DNA from: an uncultured Bacilli bacterium
GTDB lineage: Bacteria; Bacillota_I; Bacilli_A; RF39; UBA660
Assembly (NCBI GenBank): GCA_947632545.1
Contig: CANRPP010000003.1
Span: forward strand, 351-64,350
Direction: 5' to 3'
Length of the DNA: 64,000 bases
Part shown: positions 10,098 to 18,918 of the stretch, in pieces
How positions within the stretch are numbered: the stretch's first letter is position 1
Layout: every line of letters starts with the position of its first letter
The notes under the pieces: model-generated
What the model was told of the DNA's origin: nothing
Database searches by the model: none
The model's input: only the letters and a program-made list of their open reading frames with translations
Program-made: the position numbers and the translations under genes

Positions 10098-10112
10098 TTA
10101 AATACCTCTTTC

Positions 10113-10400
10113 TTAATCTTCAACTCTTACAACTAAGTGACGAATTACATTTTCATTAATTTTTACTACACGATTAAATTCTTCTACTGCAGATGAATCT
10201 GCATCTACTACGTAGAAAAAGTAATATCCTGTTTTATACTTTTGGATTTCATAAGCTAAATCTCTTTGACCTAGTGCTTTTTCTTCTACTACTTTAGCCT
10301 TTTTATCAGTTAATACCTTTTTCATAGCATCAGCAGTTTTTTTGATTTCTGCTTCCTCCATATCTGGTTTAACGATAAAAGTAATTTCATACTTATTCAT
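10113..10400 (-). CDS. rpsF: 30S ribosomal protein S6
   Basis: 95 aa. MNKYEITFIVKPD and the rpsF-ssb-rpsR gene order. Confidence 0.95.
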   Translation of the reverse strand: MNKYEITFIVKPDMEEAEIKKTADAMKKVLTDKKAKVVEEKALGQRDLAYEIQKYKTGYYFFYVVDADSSAVEEFNRVVKINENVIRHLVVRVED

Positions 10401-10500
10401 TATTCCACCTCCTTTTGGACATATGACTCATATAAATTTATGAGTAAGGAGTATTTTAAATACTCGTATGTATTATATCAAATGTTTTATATTTTGTAAA
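10401..10500 (-). promoter_or_regulatory. rpsF promoter and structured 5' leader
   Basis: Minus strand: TTTACA (10495-10500), a 17-nt spacer, then TATAAT (10472-10477). Two hairpins follow (GAGTAT..ATACTC and ACTCATA..TATGAGT) before the SD GGAGGTGG. Confidence 0.5.
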
Positions 10501-10508
10501 TTTTTTTA

Positions 10509-11000
10509 TTATTTTTTTATTAATTGCTTATTTTTATTATTTTGATACTCTTCTTTAAATTCATTTATATATTTTCTTATATCTTCTATTGTATATTCAT
10601 TTTTTTGATATTTATGCTCTATTAGAAAATTTTCTACGCTAAATTCTTCATATGATTCAAGACCATAATCTTTTTCAAATAAATCATTACATATTAAAAG
10701 TATTATTTGATTCGTTTCTATGTCATAATAATTTTTGTATAAATTACCATTCTTCCTATAAGACTCTTTTTTAGCCATATATAGTTGCATATTATTATTT
10801 GGATAGTGAAGAACTAAAAATCTGCATTTTGCTAAATTATTATAAGAAATTGTATCTGATACTTCTATTTGTCCATTGTCGCCTGTATTATATGAAAAAT
10901 CACTCTCACATCCTGTTAATGTAGATAATCCTAGTCCTGCAACTAGAGAGTATGTTAATAATTTTTTCTTTTTTTCTAATAATAATTTTTTATTTTCCAT
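10509..11000 (-). CDS. putative lipoprotein, function unknown
   Basis: Start taken at MENKK (ATG at 11000, SD AGGAGG upstream). The signal peptide ends in the lipobox LTGC. The longer ORF-track start would overlap ychF. Confidence 0.65.
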   Translation of the reverse strand: MENKKLLLEKKKKLLTYSLVAGLGLSTLTGCESDFSYNTGDNGQIEVSDTISYNNLAKCRFLVLHYPNNNMQLYMAKKESYRKNGNLYKNYYDIETNQIILLICNDLFEKDYGLESYEEFSVENFLIEHKYQKNEYTIEDIRKYINEFKEEYQNNKNKQLIKK

Positions 11001-11013
11001 ATTTATTCCTCCT

Positions 11014-12114
11014 TTATACATTAAATCTAAAGTGACAAATGTCACCATCTTGCATTAGATAATCTTTTCCCTCAAGTCTTGCTTTTCCTGCTTCTTTTAC
11101 TTTTAATTCGCTTCCATATTCTATTAAATCAGTATATGATATTACTTCTGCTCTTATAAAACCTTTCTCAAAATCAGTATGAATTATACCTGCACATTCT
11201 TTAGCATTCATTCCTTTTTTAAAAGTCCACGCTCTTACTTCATCTTTTCCTACTGTAAAATATGTAGCAAGTCCTAAAATATCATATGTTGCAGTTATTA
11301 ATTTATCTAGACCTGATTCATTTAGTCCTAATGCTTCTAGCATTTCTTTTTTATCATCTTCTTCTAATTCACTTAAAGCTTCTTCTACTTTAGCACATAA
11401 ACTTACTACTTGTGAGCCTTCTTTTTTTGCATATTCTTTAACTTGTTTTACATAGTTATTATCTTCTTTTTCTAATTCATCTTCTTCTATATTTGCTAGA
11501 TAAATAATGGGTTTTATTGTTAAAAAACTATATGACTTTAATACTTTTTTTTCTTCTTTACTAAATTCTATTTGTCTTAATGGTTTATTTTCTTCTAAAG
11601 CTTTCTTTGCTTTTTCTAATGCTTCTACTTCTATTATTGTATCTTTATCTTTTGTAGTTCTTGCTTTTTTAGATACTTTTTCTAATCTATTATTAATAAT
11701 ATCTAAGTCAGCAATAGCTAATTCTAAATTTATTGTTTCTATATCTCTTATTGGATCTATAGTTCCTTCTACGTGAATTATTTTACCATTATCAAAACAT
11801 CTTACAACTTCAACTATGGCATCTACTTCTCTAATATGTGATAAAAATTTATTTCCTAAACCTTCTCCTTTTGATGCACCTTTAACAAGTCCTGCGATAT
11901 CTGTAAATTCATAAGCAGTTGGAATAAATCTATTTGGTTCATACATTTCTTTTAGTTTAGTCATTCTATCATCTGGTACGGTAACTACTCCTACATTTGG
12001 TTCTATTGTTGCGAACGGATAATTTTCTGCTAATATTTTCTGATTTGTAATCGCATTAAATAATGTTGACTTCCCTACATTTGGCAGTCCTACTATACCT
12101 GCAGTTAAACTCAT
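11014..12114 (-). CDS. ychF: redox-regulated ribosome-binding ATPase YchF
   Basis: 366 aa. [16 protein letters not shown], a TGS-like C-terminus and the conserved ending DGD...FRFNV. Confidence 0.95.
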   Translation of the reverse strand: MSLTAGIVGLPNVGKSTLFNAITNQKILAENYPFATIEPNVGVVTVPDDRMTKLKEMYEPNRFIPTAYEFTDIAGLVKGASKGEGLGNKFLSHIREVDAIVEVVRCFDNGKIIHVEGTIDPIRDIETINLELAIADLDIINNRLEKVSKKARTTKDKDTIIEVEALEKAKKALEENKPLRQIEFSKEEKKVLKSYSFLTIKPIIYLANIEEDELEKEDNNYVKQVKEYAKKEGSQVVSLCAKVEEALSELEEDDKKEMLEALGLNESGLDKLITATYDILGLATYFTVGKDEVRAWTFKKGMNAKECAGIIHTDFEKGFIRAEVISYTDLIEYGSELKVKEAGKARLEGKDYLMQDGDICHFRFNV

Positions 12115-12193
12115 ATTATGCCCTCTTTTCTTTATATATAATTTTTCTTTATATTATAATAAATTTACTTTATTCTATCAAGAGTATATTTAA

Positions 12194-12216
12194 AAATCCA
12201 CAGTTTTTGTGGATTT
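12194..12216 (-). terminator. intrinsic terminator after the AbgT-family gene
   Basis: 9-bp stem AAATCCACA/TGTGGATTT with a 5-nt loop. On the minus strand it is followed by TTTTTAAA and lies immediately after the stop at 12218. Confidence 0.6.
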
Positions 12217-12217
12217 A

Positions 12218-13813
12218 TTATATTGTTGGATATACACCTGGACCTATTGGTATACCTAAAATATACCATCCAATAACTAATAATATCCAAGATGCACTTA
12301 TAATTGCGAAATATGGTAATACTAATTTTATTGATCTTCTTATTGTAATTGGTTTATTTTTATCAAAATTATATATATTTAAATATCCTAAATAAATTAC
12401 AAAACACGCTAGTAGAGGAGTTATACCATTTGTCATTGAATCTCCAACTCTTGCTACTAATTGAGCAAATTGTGCAGATATATTTGATTGCATAAACATT
12501 GGTACTACTACTGGTGAAAAAATTGCCCATTTAGCACCTGATGTTGTTAAAAATAAATTAGATACTGCAATTAATATTAATGTTAATAAAATTAATGGTA
12601 TTCCACTAAATCCTAAATATTCTATTAAGTTTGCAAACCATGCAGTTATAATTACCCCAATATTTGTCTTTTTAAATATTGCAATGAATTGTGACATTAC
12701 AAATATTAATACTAAAATTGTTCCTATTTTTGAGAAATATTCTCCGGTTTTTTCAATTAACTGTCTATCATTAGTGATAGTTCTTGCTCCTATTCCATAA
12801 GCTAACCCTACAAATAAGAATAATAATGACATCATATATGTAAATCCATCTTGGAAATATGAATTTTCTCCAAATACTTGATTTAAGTATGTAGCTTCTT
12901 TCATATCTAATAATAATCCTGAATTAGGTAAGTTTGGTATTAGCATATAAATAAAGATAATTATTACTACTATAGCAGTAATTAAAGCCCACTTAAGTCC
13001 TCTTTTTTGATTTTTTTCTCTTTCTATTTTATGTTGTTCTTCTTCTTCTAAATCTATTATTCTTAATTCTTCTGTTTTTGATAAATCATCTCTAACTTTA
13101 TATTTACCAAGTCTAGGACTTATTATTTTTTCTACTATAATAGTTCCTATTATAGATATTATTATAGAAGTTACAATTATAAATATTAAATTACAAGTTA
13201 AACTTATATGAGTATTACTATCTATAATAGATGCCGCAATTGATGTATAATTCATTAAGGCAACTTCTGTTGATCCTACAAATACTGAAACTCCATAACC
13301 AAAGGCAACTCCACAAAAAGCTGTTACTATACCGGTTAGAGGATTTCTTCCATTTGCTGAATATATCATTGCTACTAAAGGGATTAAGATAGCATAACCT
13401 ATTTCATTTATTAATGATGAAATTGTTGCAACAAATATAACTATAAATGTTAACTGTAAGTTTGATAGTTTTCTAATATATTTTCTAGAAAAAGCTTCTA
13501 TAAATCCTGTAGCTTCAGCAACACATAAACCTATTAATGATATAAGTAACATTCCAAGAGGTGCAAAACTCATAAAGTTTTTCGATGCGTTACTTATAAT
13601 AAATTTCATTCCATCGAAAGATAATAAGTTTTCTACTGCAACTATTGTAGCTTCTAATTCTTTAGTATTTTTATTTATTGTATTATAAGTAGCTTGCATT
13701 TCAAATTTTGATAATACAAAACTTAATAATATTACTAGAAAGCTTAACACTATAAATACAGTAATGGGGTGAAAATAAAATTTTTTTAATCTTAATTTTT
13801 TATTTTTTCTCAT
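12218..13813 (-). CDS. AbgT family transporter (p-aminobenzoyl-glutamate transporter family)
   Basis: 531 aa, polytopic. The blocks NLLSFDGMKFI...NF..FAPLG..L....G..VAE.TG resemble the conserved AbgT N-terminal region. Confidence 0.75.
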   Translation of the reverse strand: MRKNKKLRLKKFYFHPITVFIVLSFLVILLSFVLSKFEMQATYNTINKNTKELEATIVAVENLLSFDGMKFIISNASKNFMSFAPLGMLLISLIGLCVAEATGFIEAFSRKYIRKLSNLQLTFIVIFVATISSLINEIGYAILIPLVAMIYSANGRNPLTGIVTAFCGVAFGYGVSVFVGSTEVALMNYTSIAASIIDSNTHISLTCNLIFIIVTSIIISIIGTIIVEKIISPRLGKYKVRDDLSKTEELRIIDLEEEEQHKIEREKNQKRGLKWALITAIVVIIIFIYMLIPNLPNSGLLLDMKEATYLNQVFGENSYFQDGFTYMMSLLFLFVGLAYGIGARTITNDRQLIEKTGEYFSKIGTILVLIFVMSQFIAIFKKTNIGVIITAWFANLIEYLGFSGIPLILLTLILIAVSNLFLTTSGAKWAIFSPVVVPMFMQSNISAQFAQLVARVGDSMTNGITPLLACFVIYLGYLNIYNFDKNKPITIRRSIKLVLPYFAIISASWILLVIGWYILGIPIGPGVYPTI

Positions 13814-13814
13814 A

Positions 13815-14018
13815 CTACTTACCTTCCTCTGAAATTATTTTTTTTATTTTTTTATTAAATTCTATTCTTGGCATAAATAGTGATCTATTACAATTTAAGC
13901 ATTTTATTTTTATATCTGCTCCTAATCTTATAATTTCCCACTGATTTGCTCCACATGGATGTGGTTTTTTCATAATAACTTTTGTTCCTAATTCATAATT
14001 TAATTTATTATTTTCCAT
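13815..14018 (-). CDS. DUF951 family protein (YyzM-like)
   Basis: 67 aa. KKPHPCGANQWEIIRLGADIKIKCLNC is the DUF951 signature. It lies between mscS and abgT, as yyzM lies near spo0J in Bacillus. Confidence 0.75.
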   Translation of the reverse strand: MENNKLNYELGTKVIMKKPHPCGANQWEIIRLGADIKIKCLNCNRSLFMPRIEFNKKIKKIISEEGK

Positions 14019-14826
14019 TATGTACCTCGATTTGTTGATATGGTATTTTTATATTTGCTTTATCTAATGCTTTCTTTATTTCTTTTCTTAAACTTCTTTG
14101 TACTGCTAGATGTTCTGCTGATGCAGTCTCTACTATTACTCTATATATAACTCCTGATGCTTCTAATTCATTTATACCTTGTACAATTATATTTCCTTTA
14201 GTTTTTGGAATTTTCCCTGATATATCTTCTGCCATTTTATTTAAGACTTTTTCTACTTTATCAGAATCATAACTATAATCTACTGATACATCAACTATAG
14301 CAACAGAATTACTTAAGTTATAATTAATTACTTGTGTAATTGTATGATTTGCAATTATTAGGGTTTGACCTTTATAATTTTTTATCCTAGTAGTTCTAAG
14401 TCCTAAGGCAACTACTTCTCCCATAAAGTCATTTATTTCTACAGTATCTCCAATTTCATATTGATCTTCCATTATTATTGATATACCTGCTAATAAATCT
14501 TTTGCTATATCTTGGAATGCTAATCCTATTATAGCGGCAGTTATTCCTAATCCTGCAATTATGGATTTAACATTTATTCCAAAATTTGCTAATATGGCAA
14601 TTATTATAAATATTATTATTATATATCTAATAATATTTATAATTAGACTATTTATTGTTTTTACACGCTTCTGGTGATGTCTTTTTTTATAATTTTTATT
14701 TTCTGATTTTATAATTATATTTTTTATAATTTTATATATTATAAAACCTATTAATATATATACTATTGGATTTATAAGTTGAATTATATCTAATGTGTAT
14801 TTATCAAGTATTACCAATATAATCAC
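14008..14826 (-). CDS. small-conductance mechanosensitive channel (MscS family)
   Basis: Three N-terminal TM helices, then the beta-domain block IGD.VEI....GEVV..GLRTT.I....G....I.N. The true start may be the TTG at 14817, because the GTG at 14826 lies inside the SD AGGTGA. Confidence 0.8.
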   Translation of the reverse strand: MIILVILDKYTLDIIQLINPIVYILIGFIIYKIIKNIIIKSENKNYKKRHHQKRVKTINSLIINIIRYIIIIFIIIAILANFGINVKSIIAGLGITAAIIGLAFQDIAKDLLAGISIIMEDQYEIGDTVEINDFMGEVVALGLRTTRIKNYKGQTLIIANHTITQVINYNLSNSVAIVDVSVDYSYDSDKVEKVLNKMAEDISGKIPKTKGNIIVQGINELEASGVIYRVIVETASAEHLAVQRSLRKEIKKALDKANIKIPYQQIEVHNGK

Positions 14827-14832
14827 CTACTT

Positions 14833-15735
14833 TTATTTATTTAAATTCATTATTTCTAATATTCTATTTAAATCATTTGAATTTGCAAAAGATATTTCTA
14901 ATTTTGTATTCTTTACTTTTACTTTTGTTCCTAATTTTTCTGATAATTCATCTTCTAAATAATCATATTCATGATTTTTTTCTTGTTTAGTTCTTACTAT
15001 TTTATTTTTTCTTTCAAATTTATCACTACTGGAAGTTATTTCTTCTAATTGTCTAACACTTAATCCTTCTGTTATTATTTTGTTTGCTAAAGTGTTTATT
15101 TGATTTTCATCTTCTAATTTACTTAATACTCTAGCATGTCCCATTGATATTTGTTTATTACTTATTAAATCTTGTGTTTTTTGTGGAAGTGTTAATAATC
15201 CTATCATATTAGTAATGTGACTTCTACTTTTACCAAGACGTTCTGCTAACTGCTCTTGTGTTAAACCCAAATTATTTAGTAATTGTTTATATGCGGTAGC
15301 TTCTTCAATAGAATTTAGGTTTTCTCTTTGTAAATTTTCAAGTAGAGCAATCTCCATCATTTCATTATCTGTAAACTCTCTAACTATAGCTGGTATTTCT
15401 GTTAATCCTGCTATTTTAGAGGCTTTAACTCTTCTTTCACCGGCAATTATTTCATAGCCTTTTATGCTCTTTTTTATTATTATTGGTTGAAATACGCCAT
15501 GTTCTTTAATTGATGCAGCAAGTTCTTCTAATGCTGTTTGATCAAATACTTGTCTTGGTTGATATGGATTACTTCTTAATTCATTTAAGGGAACTTTTAT
15601 TATTTGTTCTTTTGGTGTTTCTGTAATAATCCTTTCTTCTATTTTATTATAGTCAAGAGGTTCATTATTAAATAATTCTTCTAAACCTCTACCTAAAGCT
15701 TTTCTTCTAATATTATTATTCTCCATTTCTTTCAA
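14833..15735 (-). CDS. spo0J: chromosome partitioning protein ParB/Spo0J
   Basis: 300 aa. Has LGRGLEELF, the GERRVKAS CTP-binding box and the HTH LTQEQLAERLGKSRSHITNMIGLLTLP...MGHAR (ParB-type residues). It lies downstream of soj. Confidence 0.9.
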   Translation of the reverse strand: MKEMENNNIRRKALGRGLEELFNNEPLDYNKIEERIITETPKEQIIKVPLNELRSNPYQPRQVFDQTALEELAASIKEHGVFQPIIIKKSIKGYEIIAGERRVKASKIAGLTEIPAIVREFTDNEMMEIALLENLQRENLNSIEEATAYKQLLNNLGLTQEQLAERLGKSRSHITNMIGLLTLPQKTQDLISNKQISMGHARVLSKLEDENQINTLANKIITEGLSVRQLEEITSSSDKFERKNKIVRTKQEKNHEYDYLEDELSEKLGTKVKVKNTKLEISFANSNDLNRILEIMNLNK

Positions 15736-16501
15736 TCACTTCCTTTGCTAAATTCATATATGCTTCAGATCCTCTACTTTTTGGATCATATGCTATTATT
15801 GGTTCACCATGAGAAGGTGCTTCAGTTAATCTTATTAGTCTTGGTATAATTGTATTATAAACTTTTTCTTTAAAGAATTTTCTTATATCATCAACTACTT
15901 CAAAACCTAAATTAGTTCTAGAATCTAACATAGTTAGTAGTACCCCCTCTATTTCTAAATTAGGGTTAAGTGTTTTTTGTGCTAACATAATTGTATTTAA
16001 AAGTTGTAATATTCCTTCTAGAGCGAAAAATTCACATTGTACTGGAATAATTACTGAGTTTGATGCTGATAAAGCATTTGTTGTGATCATTCCTAATGAT
16101 GGTGGACAATCAATTATTATATAATCATAATTTTCTTTTATTGTTTCTAAATGATTTTTTAACTGACTTCCTTTTGCAAAACCTGGATCATTTTGACTTT
16201 TTTCTATTAATTCAATATCTAACCCTGCTAAATTTATAGTAGATGGAATAACATATAAACCTTTATATTTAGTTTTTACAATAGTTTCTTCGATACTACA
16301 TTTTCCTATAAAAACATCATAAATACTATTTTCTATATCTCCTTTTGTTATTCCTACTCCTGTTGAAGTATTTCCTTGAGGATCTAAATCTATTAATAAT
16401 ACTTGTTTATCTAATGCTGCGAGTGATGCAGAAAGATTAATACTTGTCGTTGTTTTTCCTACTCCACCTTTTTGATTTACTAAAGAAATTATCTTTCCCA
16501 T
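15716..16501 (-). CDS. soj: chromosome partitioning ATPase ParA/Soj
   Basis: 261 aa with the deviant Walker A motif NQKGGVGKTTT and IIDCPPSLG. Confidence 0.92.
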   Translation of the reverse strand: MGKIISLVNQKGGVGKTTTSINLSASLAALDKQVLLIDLDPQGNTSTGVGITKGDIENSIYDVFIGKCSIEETIVKTKYKGLYVIPSTINLAGLDIELIEKSQNDPGFAKGSQLKNHLETIKENYDYIIIDCPPSLGMITTNALSASNSVIIPVQCEFFALEGILQLLNTIMLAQKTLNPNLEIEGVLLTMLDSRTNLGFEVVDDIRKFFKEKVYNTIIPRLIRLTEAPSHGEPIIAYDPKSRGSEAYMNLAKEVIERNGE

Positions 16502-16598
16502 ATAATCACCTGTTCCTTTTTTACATATAGTATTGTATCAAATATAAGCTTTTTTTTAAATGTTTTTGGCAAAAAAAGTAGATTTTTTATCTACCTTT

Positions 16599-18176
16599 TT
16601 AATCCTGTTTTTCTAATTTTATTATTACTTGATATGATTTTTGTAAATTCATTTCATCTTTTTCTACTTTTATTCCTAACTCTTCTACTTTAGAAAGTGA
16701 CTTATTAATTATTTCTATAGCAGCGTCCATTTTATTTTCAGTTGGTACTTTTTCTTTTATGTTATCATCATTTGATGATAACGGAACATTATTAGTATTA
16801 TAGGTTGGTACCTCACCTGGTAATTCTACATTTATTAAATCTGGTGCTTTAAAATAGTCTTCACTACTTTTTGGTTCTTCTTTTTGTTCACTTTCTTTTA
16901 AGGCTTCTGCTGCAGGTGAAAAGAATTTAAAACTATTATCATCTGGTTTATCAGTAGTTTGAGGAATTGGTGTGTTCAATCTTAATAAACTATCCAAATC
17001 TGCTCCTGATTTATCTGGCTCTTTTAAATTTATATCCTTTGTATTTTTCTTTAAATCATTTATATCTATTGCTGTGTTTGCAGATATTGGACCTTCTCCA
17101 AATGAAATATTTGAAGGTGGTTCTTCTATATTATCATAAAATTTTTCTGGATCGTCTTCTTCATCGTCGTCATCATCTATTTCACCAAAATTTATATATT
17201 TATTTGAAGATGTTTCATTGCTTTGAGTTTTATTATCTGGATTATCTTTATTTTCCATTACAATTAGAGGTTCATTTTCTTCTTGTTGTGATTCTTTGCT
17301 ATCTGTATCATTTTCAGGTTGACTTTCATTATTTGGCATCATTATTAATGGCTCACTATTTTGTTCTTTACTATCATTAGTTAAGTTTTGAGAATTACTT
17401 TCTTCACTATTATTTATTAATAATGGCTCATTGGATGTTTCATCTTTATCTTCAAAATTTGGAATTAAAGGATTACTCGATAAAAAACTTGCACTAGAAT
17501 CTATATCTTTTGGTATATCTTCATTGTTTTCTATATTATCTGGTAGTTCACTTATTCCACTTTCTTTTTCTGGTTCTTGTTCTTCTTTTATTCTTGCCTC
17601 TAATTGACGAACTGTCATCTTTTTTTCTATAATTTCTTTTAATAATTGTTTTTGCTTTTCTCCATCTTCGACATTTAATAAAGCTCTTGCATGTCTTTCA
17701 GATATTTCTTCTTTTAGTAAGGCTTCTTGAACTTCATCTGTTAATGATAAAAGTCTTAATTTATTTGATACAGCAGATTGACTTTTACCCATTGTTTTTG
17801 CTAAATCTTCTTGTGTCATTTCATCTATTTCTAATATTTTTTGATATGTTTTGGCTTCTTCTAAAGGATTTAAATTTTTTCTTTGTAAATTTTCAAGTAA
17901 AGCTACTTTAGATGTTTCTTTATCATCTAAATCTCTTATTATTGCAGGTATTTTTGTTAATCCAGCTAAAGCAGCTGCTTTATATCTTCTTTCACCAGCA
18001 ATTATTTCATATTTATCATTTACTTTTCTAACTATAATTGGTTGAATTACCCCATGTTCTTTTATAGATACAGCTAATTCCTTTAAAGGTCTTTCATCAA
18101 ATACTTCTCTTGGTTGAAATCTATTGGGAATAATATCGTCCAAATATAGATATACTACTTCTTCGCCTTGCTGCAT
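16599..18176 (-). CDS. noc: Noc-like ParB-family protein with a long acidic internal insertion
   Basis: 525 aa. The N-terminal 195 aa align to Noc/ParB (IPNRFQPR, GERRYKAA, HTH MGKSQSAVSNKLRLLSL...SERHARAL). The C-terminal 45 aa (AIEIINKSLSKVEELGIKVE...IIKLEK) resemble the Noc C-terminal domain. It occupies the rsmG-noc-soj-spo0J position. Confidence 0.8.
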   Translation of the reverse strand: MQQGEEVVYLYLDDIIPNRFQPREVFDERPLKELAVSIKEHGVIQPIIVRKVNDKYEIIAGERRYKAAALAGLTKIPAIIRDLDDKETSKVALLENLQRKNLNPLEEAKTYQKILEIDEMTQEDLAKTMGKSQSAVSNKLRLLSLTDEVQEALLKEEISERHARALLNVEDGEKQKQLLKEIIEKKMTVRQLEARIKEEQEPEKESGISELPDNIENNEDIPKDIDSSASFLSSNPLIPNFEDKDETSNEPLLINNSEESNSQNLTNDSKEQNSEPLIMMPNNESQPENDTDSKESQQEENEPLIVMENKDNPDNKTQSNETSSNKYINFGEIDDDDDEEDDPEKFYDNIEEPPSNISFGEGPISANTAIDINDLKKNTKDINLKEPDKSGADLDSLLRLNTPIPQTTDKPDDNSFKFFSPAAEALKESEQKEEPKSSEDYFKAPDLINVELPGEVPTYNTNNVPLSSNDDNIKEKVPTENKMDAAIEIINKSLSKVEELGIKVEKDEMNLQKSYQVIIKLEKQD

Positions 18177-18282
18177 AACCTATACCTCTCTTTTTATTCT
18201 TTTATTCTAGTTTATATTATATCATTATATTTTGATTTTGAAAAGAGGAGAAAGAAAAAAAGGCTAATAACCTTTTATCATT

Positions 18283-18918
18283 TTATTTTTTACTTATAAT
18301 AACTAGTGTTCTGATACTTTTTTCTTTTGGTAAATTAAATTTTATTAATTGATCTATTTTACATTTATATTTTTTTAAATATTTTTCAATATTTTCTAAT
18401 TCTTCTTCTACATTTGCTTTCATTGCAATCATATAACCATTTTTTTCTACTAAATGCATTGTATATCCTAATAATTTTTTTAAATTAGCTACTGCTCGAG
18501 ATATTACTATATCAAACTTATTTTTATAATCTTCACTTCTTGTATGAATTGCTTTTATATTTTTTAACTTTAATTTTTCTATAGTTTCATTTAAATAATT
18601 TACTCTTTTTTGTAATGAATCAATTAATGTTATATCTAAATGAGGAAATACTATTTTTAATACTATTCCTGGAAAGCCTGCTCCTGTTCCTACATCACAT
18701 AGAGTTTTAATTGTTCTTAAATCAACTGCTTTTACTATAGTTAAACTATCATAAAAATGTTTTAGGTAAACTTCTTCTTTTTTTACTATTCTAGTTAAAT
18801 TTATTTTTTTATTTTCTTCTATTAAAATATTATAAAATTCTTCTAATTGTTCTTTTTGTTTATTAGTCAATTTAATTCCTAATTTTTCTGTTTCTTTATA
18901 AAATTCTTCTTTATTCAT
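18283..18918 (-). CDS. rsmG: 16S rRNA (guanine527-N7)-methyltransferase
   Basis: 211 aa with the SAM motif DVGTGAGFPGI. It overlaps the 3' end of mnmG. Confidence 0.9.
   Translation of the reverse strand: MNKEEFYKETEKLGIKLTNKQKEQLEEFYNILIEENKKINLTRIVKKEEVYLKHFYDSLTIVKAVDLRTIKTLCDVGTGAGFPGIVLKIVFPHLDITLIDSLQKRVNYLNETIEKLKLKNIKAIHTRSEDYKNKFDIVISRAVANLKKLLGYTMHLVEKNGYMIAMKANVEEELENIEKYLKKYKCKIDQLIKFNLPKEKSIRTLVIISKK

Noticed and set aside
16967-17380. 137-aa plus-strand ORF, and the similar track ORFs antisense to or out of frame with confident genes. Examples: 1915-2115, 2758-3033, 4895-5113, 5058-5294, 9277-9471, 9344-9550, 9551-9751, 9655-9870, 10876-11058, 11507-11776, 12063-12395, 17687-17911, 17851-18045, 19489-19686, 20740-21054, 25248-25541, 26011-26277, 35753-36073, 36499-36711, 36797-37009, 46846-47076, 48095-48318, 48534-48758, 50047-50379, 53798-54037, 54389-54577, 55005-55208, 55365-55673, 56671-56868, 58052-58246, 59601-60280 and 62054-62314.
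   Set aside because: Each lies entirely within or mostly overlaps a gene with clear homology on the other strand or frame. They lack ribosome-binding sites and have L/F/I/Y/S-rich compositions expected from reading AT-rich coding DNA out of frame.
16734-17588. I considered whether the acidic low-complexity stretch of the Noc paralogue is non-coding, a fusion of two genes or a frameshift artefact.
   Set aside because: About 285 codons stay open in one frame in stop-rich AT-rich DNA. The frame connects a Noc-like N-terminal core to a Noc-like C-terminal domain. It is therefore treated as a genuine insertion, pending read-level verification.
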